A stretch of DNA of 64,000 nt from Gnetum montanum (taxonomy: Eukaryota; Plantae; Gnetophyta). A program made the translations under genes and the position numbers. The stretch is from the NCBI GenBank assembly GCA_015680685.1, contig MNCI01000751.1:483314-547313 (forward strand), written 5' to 3'. The notes beneath the pieces are model-generated. The model saw only the letters and a list, made by a program, of their open reading frames with translations, had not been told where the DNA came from and searched no databases. This document shows positions 50,701 to 64,000 of this stretch, in pieces; the first letter of the stretch is position 1; every line of letters starts with the position of its first letter.

Positions 50701-52726
50701 TGATGCCTCCATGCTAGGAATACCTCCCTCCATAATAGTAAACATGTAAATTAAAGGGAAAACCCATTTTGAATCCATTACTACCTCAGAACAACATTAA
50801 CTAAACTTGCATGTGCTCTAGGACCCTATCGACATCATTTGGAGCCTGTACACTTCAAGAAACTAATGATAGAAGGTCATAAAATTGATTTCTCATAATT
50901 TCCCATGCTGATATCTCTATCCCTAGTTTGGAACATGGGGAAAAGCTAAAAAAATGTTTAGATATATTCAAAATGACCAAAAATTGGCACCAAAGCCTAA
51001 ACCTCGACCCTGTAACATTAGAGGCTAACTTGCATAATTGATTGAGGTCAAAATTGGCCTAGATCTGAGTTGCATGGTTCTTCCATGCTGGGAATCCATT
51101 TTTCCATGCTAAGGATGGTATTGCCATCATGGAAACTCAATGGAAGAGTTTTTTGAAACTCATAAACACCTTAGAGTAACATTAGCTTCATGCACTCTAG
51201 AACTAAGGCATCAAACATTGGAGCACTTCAACTTTATGACACTGATTCTAGATGGCTAAAGAATGATTTCCCCTAATTATCCACAATAGGCTATCCATCT
51301 CTAGCATGGAAAAATTCGGGAAAGCATCTTTTCCACTTTTGGAGGCAAGATGACTTTTCCGAAAGCCAAAGATCTATGCTGGAGAATCCCAAGACCTCAT
51401 AGAGTCAAGATTTTGCATGTTTGATCTCATTTCAATCTCCAAAATTCATTTCCCATATTTTTCCATGCTACAGTAACTTCCCTAGTTTTGAAATAGAAGA
51501 GAAGACCTTAAGTACCCTTAAACAACCTTCAAACATGTTCGATATTAATCAAAAACTTGCAAAATTGAACTATATAGCCTTAGGGGCATGGAAACTTGGT
51601 CAAAGTGCCCCCAAATCATTTTGAATTCATAAAAAAAGTGTCCCCAAATTTTTCCATACTAACGATAGTATGCATAGTATGGAAAATGGGGGAAGCCATT
51701 TTGACATATCTTGACACTTAAAATTTCCTTGAATTGCCTCAAAATAAAGTTGGTAGATGCACAAGTTCCATATCTAGACTTCAATTACTTGTTTAATCAT
51801 GTTTGACCTTATTTTTACTTTCATTTTGGTTCTCCATGCTAAGCCCCCTCTTTTTCACATTGGCTAGTGTGGAAATAAACGGGAAAGGCTTCAGAACTTG
51901 TTTTTTGGCCTTTGTAGACCTTCAGAGTACTTAACTTTGAGGGATATGACATTGTGCTACATTGGGAAGGTCCTAGAACCTTAATTTTGAACCTTTGAGC
52001 ATCCCAAAACCTATTTTTCTTAGTATCCATACTAAAGGTCCTTGTTTCCATACTGAGCCTAGCATGGAAGCCTTAAAACACTTGATTCTTATGTCTAAAT
52101 AGCCCATAAATAGCCTTGATTAATGCCTAAACTTACTGAATAGCCTTGTAGCCTAAAAACATGTCCTACTAAGGCCTAAAACTAGAAAAACCTAACCATA
52201 TTTTACCTATAGTAGCCAAATTTTATCATATATAGCCTATTTTGCTTGATTTCTACCTTATTACATAATTTTTTGACTTGTTTTTGGACATATGTTACCT
52301 TGTTGACCTTGTTAACCTTCCATGACCTTTTTGCAACCTTATATTTTTGTTTTTTTTATCTTACTACAACTCTATTTACCTTTGTTGGCCTTTAAATACT
52401 ATCAAATAGTGGGGTTTAACCTTCCTTGACCACCATTCAACACCATATCATCATGGCCCACTAAGGCCTTAATTGCATCATGGCTTGCTAAGGCCTTAAA
52501 CTAGAAAAATTGTGGCCTTTATTAATCATTTGTAGCCTTGTAATTCCCCTTGAAATTTATGTGATCTTTGTTTGCCTCTATTGCACTTTTCCAAATTGAC
52601 GTTATCTCACTAATGACCTTGGATGGTCTTGATTGCATTAGATTTGCATATGTTTTATGACATTTTAACATTGTTTATTTACTTTTATCTAGGTGCCACT
52701 TAATATGCTTTTGGTTGACATGCAAG

Positions 52727-55700
52727 ATCAAAGTATAAGTACTTGGGAGTAAATTAGTATGCCTTTGTGTCTACATGAACCTCCTGATGATATTAAATGA
52801 TGTATTGACCCTAATTACCTAAATCTCAAGCTTGAGAGTCTTGTACACCACATAGCCTTAATAGAGAAAACCTCTAGAATGGCCTAAAAACCTAGTCAAA
52901 ACCCTTAAGTTAGAAGCAGGATACATAATCAAAGACTCTCTAGTTGATGTCCTTGTCACAAAACATAGTGGTGAGGAGAAAACCCTTAAACTAAGTTCCT
53001 CACTAGAGCCTCAGTGTGCCCAATACATCACCAAATTCTTATAGAACAACATTAAGGAATTTTCCTAGTCATATAAAGATATGCTAGGCCTAGACCCACG
53101 TCTAGTCTAGCACAACATCATATTGAACCCTAGCATTAGACTAGTAAAGAAGAAAGTGTGTAAGATTAGACCTAATTTGGCCTTGGTAGTTTGTGATGAA
53201 ATCTTAAAGCTCTACCAAGTAGGATTTATTAGGGTTGTCAATTATGCAAAATGGATATCCAACATAGTGGTAGTTCCTAAGAGAATGGGAGTATCCATAT
53301 TTACAATGATTTTTGAGACCTAAATAATGCAAATATCAAGGATGACTTCCCTTTGCCTAGTATTGATCAACTTATCAATACTACCGTCATACATGCCTTG
53401 TTGTCTTTTATGGATGGATTCTTGGGATATAACCAAATTACGATCAACCTAGAGCACCAACTTAGCATGACCTTTATGATCCCATGGGGTACTTTTTGAT
53501 ATACCATGATGCCCTTTGGTTTTAAGAATGTCAATGTGACATACCAGAGAGCCATGACCTATATCTTTAGTGATTACATGTTAGGTTTGCTTAATGATTA
53601 TGTAGATGACATAGTTGTAGTCTAAGATAGCCAATGATAATTCTAATGACATAGATATTGTGCTTAAATGATGCCTCAAATACAATCTTAGGCTTAATCC
53701 TAAGAAGTGTGTCTTTGATGTTAAGACCAATAAGATGCTTGGCTTTGTAGTCTTTGAAGTAGGGATACATGTAGATCCTAATAAGGTTATGTCCATATCC
53801 AAATTAGTAGCACCTACCAACCTTAAAAATATTCAAGGATTACAAGATATATTACAATTTATTTGTAGGTTTATCACTAGGTTTATAGATAAGTTATAGC
53901 ACATGCAATACTTTCTTAAGAAAGGAGTTCATTATGAGTGAATGGCTCAACACCAAGAAACCATTGAAAACCTTAAGAAAGAGTTAATAAAACTACCAAC
54001 AGTCTATTCTCCATAAGAGGGTAAACTGTTTTACATTTATCTCATCATCTCTAATATATCCATTGCCTCTCTATTCTATCAAAAATGTGATGATGAAGCA
54101 ACAATTCTTGTATACTACCTTAGCCATGTGTTAATAGCCCATGAGAGCTAATACATGGAGGTGGAGAAGAATTGTCTAGCACTACTCTTCTCTTTGAAGA
54201 AATGAAGATACTACCTCTTCAGAAGCCAATTCAATGTAATTTTCAAGGATAACATACTTAGAACCATAATGACCAACATCTAAAAAAGTAGCTATATAGC
54301 CAAATGGAAAGCCATAACCATGGAGATTGACCTTCATTACATCCCTTAATCCTCAACAAAAGGTTAAGCTATAATCATACAACTCATAGTTTTACCTATT
54401 GATGACTAAGCAAGCATAGAACTTGAGTTCCCTAATGAACAAATTAACACAGTTAGCCAAGTGCTTGAGGGTTATGAGGTAGTCATGAACTTCAATGGAA
54501 CTTCAACCACCAATGGAGCTAGTGCTGCTACCATCTTAACATTCCCATATGGTGAGATCTGATCCTTTGGCTATCCTTTTTGGTTTTGATGTACCAACAA
54601 CATAGTTGAATATGAGGGCTTGATCACAGGGATAATGGTAGCTCATGATCTAGGAATTAGATGCCTAGTTATCAAAGGTGATTCACAACTCACGGTTAAC
54701 TAAGTAACCAAAATCTATGCATGAAAAGCTAAGCACTTACAACCTTACTATGATCTAGGGAAGTAGTTGTTATCAAATTTTATAGATGTTGATATCTATC
54801 ACATACCTTGAAACAAAAATGCCATAGCTAATGTAATTGCAACATTATCCCTTATTATGACATTGGATGTGTTTAACAAGTTGTCCACCTTAATCATGGA
54901 CTATGCTACTCCCATCACATAGAACACTAAGGATACCTTTGTGGTTGATGTTCATATTGCTCCTTCCAAGGAGTGGTATGATGATCTCAAATTTTAGCTT
55001 ATGCATGATGAATCCTCACAAGAAAAGGTTATTACTTAGAAGGATGTCATACATAAGAGATCAAAGCAATATATCATCATGGGTAACAACACATTATGTT
55101 GACAATCTTTTGATGGCATACTCCTAAAGTGCTTAAGTAAAAGTGAAGCTAGAAAATTCCTAGAGAAGGTTCACAAGGGTATTTGTGGAGGACATATAGG
55201 ACCCAAAGCCATGACCACTAAGATTACATGGTTAGGCTACTATTAGCCTCATATGGAAATTGATTTTTTGTAAAATGTTAAGTGATGTGACATATGCCAA
55301 TGATGTATCACCAACTAAGTTACATATAACCAAGAAAACATGGTTGTTTCAATGATGGTGGTTGGATATCACTGGACTTATAATGTCTTAGTCTTCTATA
55401 GGACATAGCTTCATCATGACCACAATTGAATACTTTACCAAGTGGATTGAGGCTATTCCCCTAAGGAAGATCACATCTAAACAAGTTTCCAAATTTATCC
55501 TAGGTAACATTATAGCTCATTTTGGCATAACCATGATCAAAGTTGTAGACAATCGACCTTAATTTCATAGACAAGAAATCAAGGATTTCTATCACAACCT
55601 AGGAATTAAGCATTCTTTCTCATCACCTTACTGCCCTTAAGCCAATTGATAAGCAAAAGCAAGCAACAAGGCCATCATCCACTTTCTCAAGAAGATGCTC

Positions 55701-56190
55701 AACAATAGCAAGCAAAAGTGTCATGAGCTGCTTGTCCATGCACTATGGGCATACAAAACAACCTATCACATGGAAACTGGAATAACCCCCTATAGCCTTT
55801 TTTATGCTTCTAAAGTTGTTTTACCTCTTGAACTATAAGTTCCATCACTCTAAGTAGCCTTGATCAACTTCATTAATAATGAGTAGAATAAGGTGTTGCA
55901 AATGGTAGCCTTGGATTTAGTGGAGGAGTAGCATATGCAAGTTCTTGCTTACATCAAGCACTATCAAGAGAGGAAAAACTAACAACATTACCATGACTTG
56001 ACCATGGGCAAGGTCAAGGAGGTGGACCTAGTCCTCAAGGCCTTTTGTGAGCATGCAGACAAATTCTCAAATAATTGGGAAGGATCCTTCCTTGTCACCA
56101 GAGCCTATGGGAATGGAGCATTTAGAATAGTTAACATGGATGGGAATGAGATGGTTAATCTAGTTGATCATTTCTATGTAAAGGCATACT
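52727..56190 (+). pseudogene. pol: pol (RT-RH-aRH-INT) of E5, degenerate
   Basis: KWISNIVVVPK, SFMDGFLGYNQI, YVDD, TNNIVEYEGL, HKGICGGH, NWEGSF. Many stops. Confidence 0.93.
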
Positions 56191-56376
56191 AAATGTAGCA
56201 AAATATCATCAATAAGTGAGCCTACTTTTGATGATCCACTATGACCTTCAACTAGCAACATGGCCTACTTGGGCCTTAAACTAGTACAATGGCCCACCAC
56301 AACCTTAAACTAGCAACCTTGGTAACTTGGATAGCTTGATTCTCATATGACCTCTATGCATTGCAGGGTTATAATA

Positions 56377-57934
56377 TGCAGTGGTGTTTTTTATTCTTTG
56401 TTGATGTCTCTTGGGTCTATCCTCTAGGCACCATCAAAGAAGGGCCATTGAAACACCACAAAAATTTACATGTGATAGCCAATCTTCATCATGTAGCTTT
56501 CACCCCATGAAATATGAGGCAAAAATTCATTGTAAATATGAAAATTGTAATCCATAGTGGGAAATTTCACATAGTTCATACTTTTGAGAATGAAAAATGC
56601 TTCACAACTGATTAAATCCTCATTCCCCAAGCTTGAAACAAGTCATCTACTATCTATATTTAGGCTTGAGGGGGTCAAAATTACATTTTGGAATGCCAAA
56701 AAAAGTAAATTTGATGGGTTTTATGGGGGGTATACATTTTTCTATGCTGGAAACACATGCAAGGATGTAGGTCTTACCTACCCCCAACATGGAAGGATGA
56801 GGGTTTTCAAAACATTTCTCCCTCAATGTGGAGACCACATGCACATCTTGGAAACTTTTTTCCTTTAGCATGGAAGTTTCCCCCTGATGTGAAGGGTTCA
56901 TTCCCAGCATGGAAAATTCAATCCCCTAGCATGGAAGCCACAAAAGCAAAAATTAATCACTTCATGCACTTCAACATTGACCAGCCACTTCAGCAAACAT
57001 GATGAAGAGCTTAGTGTAGAAGAATCATCTCTAGCATGGAATTTGTGCCCTGGTTACAATTTATAGCAAATGGAATGGCCATGGGAGAAAGCACTTACTA
57101 TATATAGTAAGCCCCCAAATTTGGGCATCCATATCACTTGAATTTGGCAATAAATTTACAACAAATTGGTAGCCAATTTGTAGCCCCATTCATGGCCTAG
57201 AGAACCTATAAAATCCACCATTTACAAGTTTAGCAATTTTTAGCAAGTTCTAGCAATTTTTTTCATGGTTGAGCAGTTTTGACAAGATTCAACACTTTTC
57301 ATTATTAAGCAAATTTTCAATAAATTTTATCCATTTTTACAATTCCACAGTTGGGGAATTCTTAGGCACTCAAGAGCTTTTGCAAGTTTCCATACTTGCA
57401 TTCTCTTGAATCCCATAGTGAAACCATAATCACCTTGAGATTTGTGGATTTTTAGTGTTAGCACTACACTTTTTAGATTCCCAAACCCCAACATGGAGCA
57501 ATTTGACATCTAATTTTTCCACTTTTCTCACCCCCTAGTAGTGATCCAACTTGTAGATCTAAGGTTGCAATAGTAAAGAAAGGTTTGATAGCATCAAGAG
57601 TGGCTTAATACCTAGATCATGGAGTAGATCACATTGACTCTACTCATCTAGGCACCATTTGTACACATTTCCCTAACTTATCTTTTTATTCTTTCTCAAT
57701 AAAGTTTTAAGTTTTGAGTTTTTTGTTAAGAAAATAAATTTATTTTCTATGAATTATTTGGATTTGTTTGTATTTTCATGTTTTGCATCTCATAAGTTCC
57801 TGATTGATCTACTAGACTGGCCATGGCACCTCAAATTCTATTTCTCTCATGGAGACCCTAGGAATTTAGGGTTGGGGAACTATTGCACCGAGGATCCTTG
57901 GTTTTTCTAGCAATTGATGTTTTCAATTGCAACA
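56377..57934 (+). repeat. 3' LTR of E5
   Basis: TGCAGTGGTG...TTGCAACA; homologous to 33036-34519. Confidence 0.75.
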
Positions 57935-60900
57935 TCACTCAAGGTGAAAAATTATCAATTTTAATGTTTTTAAATAGGTTTTTGAAGTTAATCCTTTTTT
58001 TCCACATTGAGCCTTTCCTCTATGGGGGTATGTTAGTGTGGAGGATTTCAAGGGATTGATTTTTAACAAATTTTGATAGGCTTTTTGCATGCATGTGCAT
58101 TCTTAGGATTATTAGTGTTGCTAGACACTGAACAAGATTAAAAGTTGTTAGTTTTAAGGCTTTTAAGTTAATTTTTTGAAGTTACCTACTTATTTCCATG
58201 CTAAGCTAGTCCCCACCCCCTATCTAGGGGGATAAGCTAGGGGGTAAGAACCAAGGGGGTTACTGACTATCGGAGGTCATAGAGGGGTAACAAGGCTCTC
58301 AATGCAAGAACTATGGGTAATAGAGGTTGGGGAAGAGGTATTTTATGTTATAACCCCTTAAACCCCCATGTTGGCCCCACATTGGATACCATGGAGGGGG
58401 GATTCACCAACATGAGGTATGATACAAGGTTACAAGTTGTCTTGTTTGAATGCAAGAGATAGGCTATTGGAGGTTGTAGAAGAGTATAAAGGCCAAACAT
58501 GGTAACTAGGTGGTCAATTTGTTCAATTTTGTGTCACCTCCTCCTAGATGGTTAGTATAGATGAGGGTTACTCCTCCTTGTTCCATGCTAATTCCACCTC
58601 CCCCACTACCCACCCGCTCCCCCACACCCCCATTCCCTCCCCACACCNNNNNNNNNNNNNNNNNNNNNNNNNNNNNNNNNNNNNNNNNNNNNNNNNNNNN
58701 NNNNNNNNNNNNNNNNNNNNNNNNNNNNNNNNNNNNNNNNNNNNNNNNNNNNNNNNNNNNNNNNNNNNNNNNNNNNNNNNNNNNNNNNNNNNNNNNNNNN
58801 NNNNNNNNNNNNNNNNNNNNNNNNNNNNNNNNNNNNNNNNNNNNNNNNNNNNNNNNNNNNNNNNNNNNNNNNNNNNNNNNNNNNNNNNNNNNNNNNNNNN
58901 NNNNNNNNNNNNNNNNNNNNNNNNNNNNNNNNNNNNNNNNNNNNNNNNNNNNNNNNNNNNNNNNNNNNNNNNNNNNNNNNNNNNNNNNNNNNNNNNNNNN
59001 NNNNNNNNNNNNNNNNNNNNNNNNNNNNNNNNNNNNNNNNNNNNNNNNNNNNNNNNNNNNNNNNNNNNNNNNNNNNNNNNNNNNNNNNNNNNNNNNNNNN
59101 NNNNNNNNNNNNNNNNNNNNNNNNNNNNNNNNNNNNNNNNNNNNNNNNNNNNNNNNNNNNNNNNNNNNNNNNNNNNNNNNNNNNNNNNNNNNNNNNNNNN
59201 NNNNNNNNNNNNNNNNNNNNNNNNNNNNNNNNNNNNNNNNNNNNNNNNNNNNNNNNNNNNNNNNNNNNNNNNNNNNNNNNNNNNNNNNNNNNNNNNNNNN
59301 NNNNNNNNNNNNNNNNNNNNNNNNNNNNNNNNNNNNNNNNNNNNNNNNNNNNNNNNNNNNNNNNNNNNNNNNNNNATTTTTGAAATTAGGCTTGCTTTTT
59401 CAAGTGCTTTTTCCAAAAATTCTCATGTTGAGGCCATTTTTCTTAAGTATACGGCCAGGGACTCATTAAAATTAAATTATAATGGCATCCTAAGGCCTTA
59501 TTTTGTGCATTTTGTGATGGATTGATGTTAATTTTATGCTTTTTGTTTAAGAAAAAGCAAGTTATGTTGTGTATTTTTTTATTAGAAAAATGGATTAAGT
59601 TTTGAAAAATTTAATGTTTTTAGTTTTTAGTGTTGTATTTAAGATTTGAAATGGATGTGATCTTGTTTAATTTGGAGTTATAGTGATGATGTTATGGCTA
59701 TTTTAGTTTGGTTGTGCAATTAGGGATCTATGCCGTGTTTTAGATTTTTATCAAAATTAAAGAATTTTTTTTTTGAAGAAATGGATAAGTTTATGAATTT
59801 GTATAGAGTATGGGTGTGTAGGGATCAATCCAAGTTTTCAAATAGAGGTGGAATGAGACCAAATGAATTTTTTATGAATTTCTTCCTAACCTTGTGCAAA
59901 TGGGGGTTGATGGTGATGGCCACAGTTTTGTTATTTTTTGCTATGTTTTGTGTAAGAATGGCTAAATGTTTTTTGTTGCAACAATCATGGATAGAAATTT
60001 CATGATTTCAAGGTTCCTTTCATGGTGGAATCCCTATGATCAAGGCTAAGATGAATTTTGTAATAAGGTTGTGTTAATTGGTCTAAATTGGGCTATAGCA
60101 CTTTATTCCTTTGAGGATGGATGTGGTTGTCATGGTTAGGATTGTCAACCCCCATGCTTCTATGGATTTTACTTTTTATAAATTATGTTATAATTTTTTT
60201 GTGTGTTTGTTAAAGAGAAAAGATTTTTACTATTTTTAGTAAGCCTTTTTATCTATGTATATTATGGCCACTTTTCTATGTTTTGATTCTTTTTCTAAAT
60301 TAATGCATGTTTTGAGCTAAGGCGGAGTTTTGGTTGTGATGTTTTGGTTATAATAGTTTTGGCTATGATATAAGTCTAGGAGAGTTCATAATAATATATT
60401 TACTTTTTGTGAATTTTCTTAAGCAAATTTAAACCAACACCCTAAAGCTTTTATAGAAGCTAATTTCACCCCTGACTAGGATGTGTAAAAGTTTTTAAGA
60501 AGATTCTAAGTGTTGGAATGTTGTGCTAATGTTGTTGTTTTATACTTCCCCCCTATAGGGTCTTGGTCAAGTTGGTGCTCAGTGTGGTTGAGATGGCTAG
60601 CATTCTCTGCTATCTCGGTTAACATACATACGATACTCCTCTTCCTGACTTGGCATTGGAGAAGATGTTAGCATGGTTGCACCTAGGCACAAGGGATTTT
60701 TTTGCCTACCTTCTCCAATACTTTAGTGTGAGGATGTGGTCATACTTGTCTAAGGAGGTGGCCACAATCATCATGGAGACTTTGCTACTTGGTTCTACAT
60801 GCTTAATTGCTCAATTTATAATGGATGGACTAGAGACTTGAGTAGTAAGAGAGCTATTGTATTTCATCAGTCCATGGTACCTTTTAAATAATTGGAGCAA

Positions 60901-62991
60901 ATTTAGAGTATTCATGATACAACATGAATAATACTCTAATGGTGGTGTAAAGAGTCCACTCTTTGTTCTAGAATCCTCCAAGAACTATGCACTGATTACA
61001 AGGATAAGCACGACTATTATAGGTTTTAATATTTTGGTTTTATCTAGTTTAGTCTTCTCTCTTCTAACTTGTTGGTTTTACACATATCTTAAAGGTATAG
61101 GGTTAATAATCAAGGTTTGATCAAGAATGATCAAACCTTAATGGTAACCCATACCACATTGAATGAATTCACCAAGGGTCCCAAGATTAGATATGTTGTT
61201 TTCAAATAGCTAAACGGGGACTTGGATGAATATCCAAGTAGATTTGACCCTATTTACAAAAAGTGTGTGGTTGCCAAAACAACACACAACTGGTGGATGA
61301 TCCCTAAGGATATTAGAGATATGAGTATTATCATTGGGACCTCCAACAAAGAAGAAGAAGAGTGAGAAATCAAGTATATTGTTATGTTAAAGGTTTTATG
61401 GTTACTTAGGCTTTAATTTCTTATGGCTAAAACATAGTTGTATTAATGCCAAACACTTATCTTTTGCTTATAGGACCTTCCACTTTTGCAAATGTTATCA
61501 TACCCCTCATTGGACATTCTGTGGAGAATCTCATGCTAAAGTTTGGTGAGGTGGGACTAGCATAGGAATGGTTAAGAATGCATCTAAAGACATTCAAGCA
61601 AACATTGCGAATGTAGGTTTGCTTGAGATCTTCATCATTCCCAACCCTATCATTCATTCTACAAAGATGTTGAACAACATTGATTCTTTTGATGAAAAAG
61701 CTGATGTATTCTACACCATAGTACAAGGATTATCTATTACTATTTCCATTAGTGCATCTACCTTCCATGGCTTATTTGGTGTTTCTATTGATGGGATGTA
61801 GCTTTACAAACCTTGATGTAAAAGGGTCTTATCCCTTGTTTAGATCTAGGGTATTTCCTAAACTATTATCATAAAAGAAGGTTATTGGCATTGTACAAGG
61901 ATGGACCTTTAATAAAGTTGTGATAGAGGAAACTTGTTTTAACTTGATTGCTTCCTTAGTTACAAGTCTCAAAGAGGAAATCCTCAAAATTCATGTAGAA
62001 TCTTTTAGAGTAGTCCACATGCACCATGAATGTTTTGCAAGCTATTTGAAGAGGTTTCCAGAATTTTTGATGGTGAGGAGAGGTGGATTGTGGATGCACT
62101 AGGACCCACAGTAACTCTCTAGGCTTTAGATAAAGCATTTTATCCAATCATAAGGGCCCAAAATCCATTGAACGATATGAGAGATTTACTAGTCATGACC
62201 ATCAATGATCTTGATGTCAATTAGTGTGAATCCCTTGACAACATGGGGGAGGTACCTCTTACGTTTCCAACAAACATCAAGAGGGCCCAACGGTTGTGTG
62301 CTAAAGCTAGCAAAGAAGCCAAGGCTATTTCAATGAGGCCCATAGAGGAAGCACCACTAGTAGTAGAGCCACACTCAAAGAAAATAATTATCTTCAAGAT
62401 CACACACTTGGACTAAGCAATCACAAGTATACTTCTACTATATTTTATTTTTCCTTTTTAGGTAGGTTTTTGGTTATGTTTTGTTCTATGGCTATTCATG
62501 TTAATTTATCTAATGGTTTATGACTATAAATCAATGGTAGAACCTGGTAGCTCAAGTTTCTACTATAAAAGAAGAACAAAGGCAAGTAGAAGAGGCACAT
62601 AGGCATGTTGATGAAGAAGAGTAGAGGAACAAGGCCATGCTAGAGGAAGAATAGAGGCATGCAAAGAAAGCACTCTTGCAATAAGATATGGATGACTTGA
62701 TGCCTTTTTCAGTGGATCACTTCCTAGGGAGTCTCTGATTGAAATTCCCAATGATGATGAAGACAATCATGAGAAGGAAGTGAACAACACAGTTATACTT
62801 ATGCTCTACTTATTATTACCTATAGTTTAATGTTTGATTTTAGATTTCTCACTTATCCAACAATTGTTATGCTTATCGTAGTTCCTAAGGTAGCAGTAGA
62901 GGCCCATGTACCTAAGTTTTGCTTGAAACAATGGCTAGACATCTTGGACAAGATAAAATTCATGCACAAGATGGCAAAGGACATCGTTGGT
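57935..62991 (-). mobile_element. Spacer region of a further Tat-lineage copy E6, interrupted by E5 and an Athila-like element
   Basis: 59376-60550 resembles the reverse complement of 47000-48300, and the region carries the accessory gene on the plus strand. Confidence 0.7.
60559..62991 (+). pseudogene. Antisense accessory gene of E6 (FCP1-like, PMD-like), degenerate
   Basis: Acceptor TATAG at 60558, then VLVKLVLSVVEMASILCY...WLHLGTRDFFAYLLQYFSVRMWSY...YNMNNTLMV...NPPRT. Next exon YRVNNQGL; later EETCFNLIASL. Confidence 0.75.
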
Positions 62992-63786
62992 TGATGAGCT
63001 GCGATATCGTGTCTACCCCTACGATATCGCATATGTGATATCACAACCTACTGAAACATTTATAAATAAGAGGTGGCTTTCCTTGTTTTAGGAATCTAGA
63101 CTTAGAACTTAGCCAAACTATAGCAGTTTTACCATTCTAGAGTTAGAATAATTTCCATATGCCCGGAGTAGAAGTCTTAAAGTGAATGGATCTTTATTCG
63201 AGCAAATTATACCTGAGCACACATTTGTGTATGACAATAAAGCCAAACTTTCTGATAAACCTTGCAGCATGTGGACTAAGCTAAATAGGATTTAATTATT
63301 GTTAATTGTTTAAATGCTTTCCTAGATAATTAATCTCTCTCAACCCTTGACTCTCCTAGTTAAGTGCATTCAGTTGACCACTTTGATCACTTATGTAATG
63401 CTTGGTAACCCAGTAACAAGTAGCGTTTGCTAATCCCAGTAGCGTTGCACTGGTTTAGGGTGTGTGCAGCAAGTGGGAATGGATACTAGTGCTAGGACAT
63501 TAGAACTTAGTTAGTGAATAGTTAACGAAAGTTAGTCATTTAGTTCTCTTCACCTTTTTCCTATTAGCATAGACATTAAAAAGATAAAAGATATCAAAAT
63601 CATACACCTCAGGCTTACTTAACAATACAACCGTGACAATACAAGTAAGTCTGGGAAGACAATGATTGATTAACCTTAATTGTTCCATTAAGGCGCATAA
63701 GCACTTAGTCCTTGGAGTTCAACCAGATCACGCATGAGATGCTCGTATTCATATGGTTGAGTGTAGGGGTACCTTGCCACTCATCA
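62992..63786 (+). repeat. 5' LTR of a second Athila-like element (continues past the right edge)
   Basis: TGATGAG...CTCATCA; related to the E4 LTRs. Confidence 0.9.
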
Positions 63787-63787
63787 T

Positions 63788-63805
63788 TGGCGCCATTGCC
63801 AGGGA
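63788..63805 (+). promoter_or_regulatory. Primer binding site, tRNA-Asp type
   Basis: TGGCGCCATTGCCAGGGA directly after the LTR. Confidence 0.88.
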
Positions 63806-64000
63806 CTTAGTTGTTTGTGCACTACGTAGAACATAGTAGATCATTCACATTGTTGGGATGCTAGAACAAACCCTTAGGGTTGATCAAAAGGAAAAAATAA
63901 GATAACGGGAAATAGCACACTGAACAAGACTAAAATGTTTTCTTCTTCACACAAAAGCACTTCAGCACCTAGGAACAACACTAGAGACAGTTGACGACAA

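Larger units (their letters stand above)
45978..57934 (+). mobile_element. Tat-lineage element E5 (gag-PR tail, deleted antisense gene, spacer, pol, 3' LTR)
   Basis: KIRKYLPK* tail at 46091-46093, array at 46330-46445, antisense exons, and pol and LTR homologous to E3. Confidence 0.85.

Overview
This is land-plant repetitive DNA made almost entirely of nested, decayed Ty3/Gypsy LTR retrotransposons, with four N gaps. I found no host gene, rRNA, tRNA or CRISPR array. Five copies belong to a Tat-lineage group (pol order RT-RH-aRH-INT): E1 1-13956 (-), E2 ~13957-25000 (-), E3 ~25000-34519 (+), E5 45978-57934 (+) and E6 57935-62991 (-, spacer only). There are also two Athila-like insertions with a tRNA-Asp PBS (39110-45977 and 62992 to the window end) and one unclassified relic (34520-39109). 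The main observation is the Tat architecture. Gag-protease ends at a conserved stop and is separated from RT-RH-aRH-INT by about 6 kb. That spacer holds an antisense, multi-intron gene, seen in four diverged copies. Its protein starts MAPK and carries an FCP1/NIF-like HAD-phosphatase domain with degenerate catalytic motifs, then a PMD/plant-transposon-protein-like helical domain and a coiled coil. Each subfamily also has its own CpG-containing ACGCT motif in LTR and spacer. Domain calls come from manual translation and motif recognition, not database searches.
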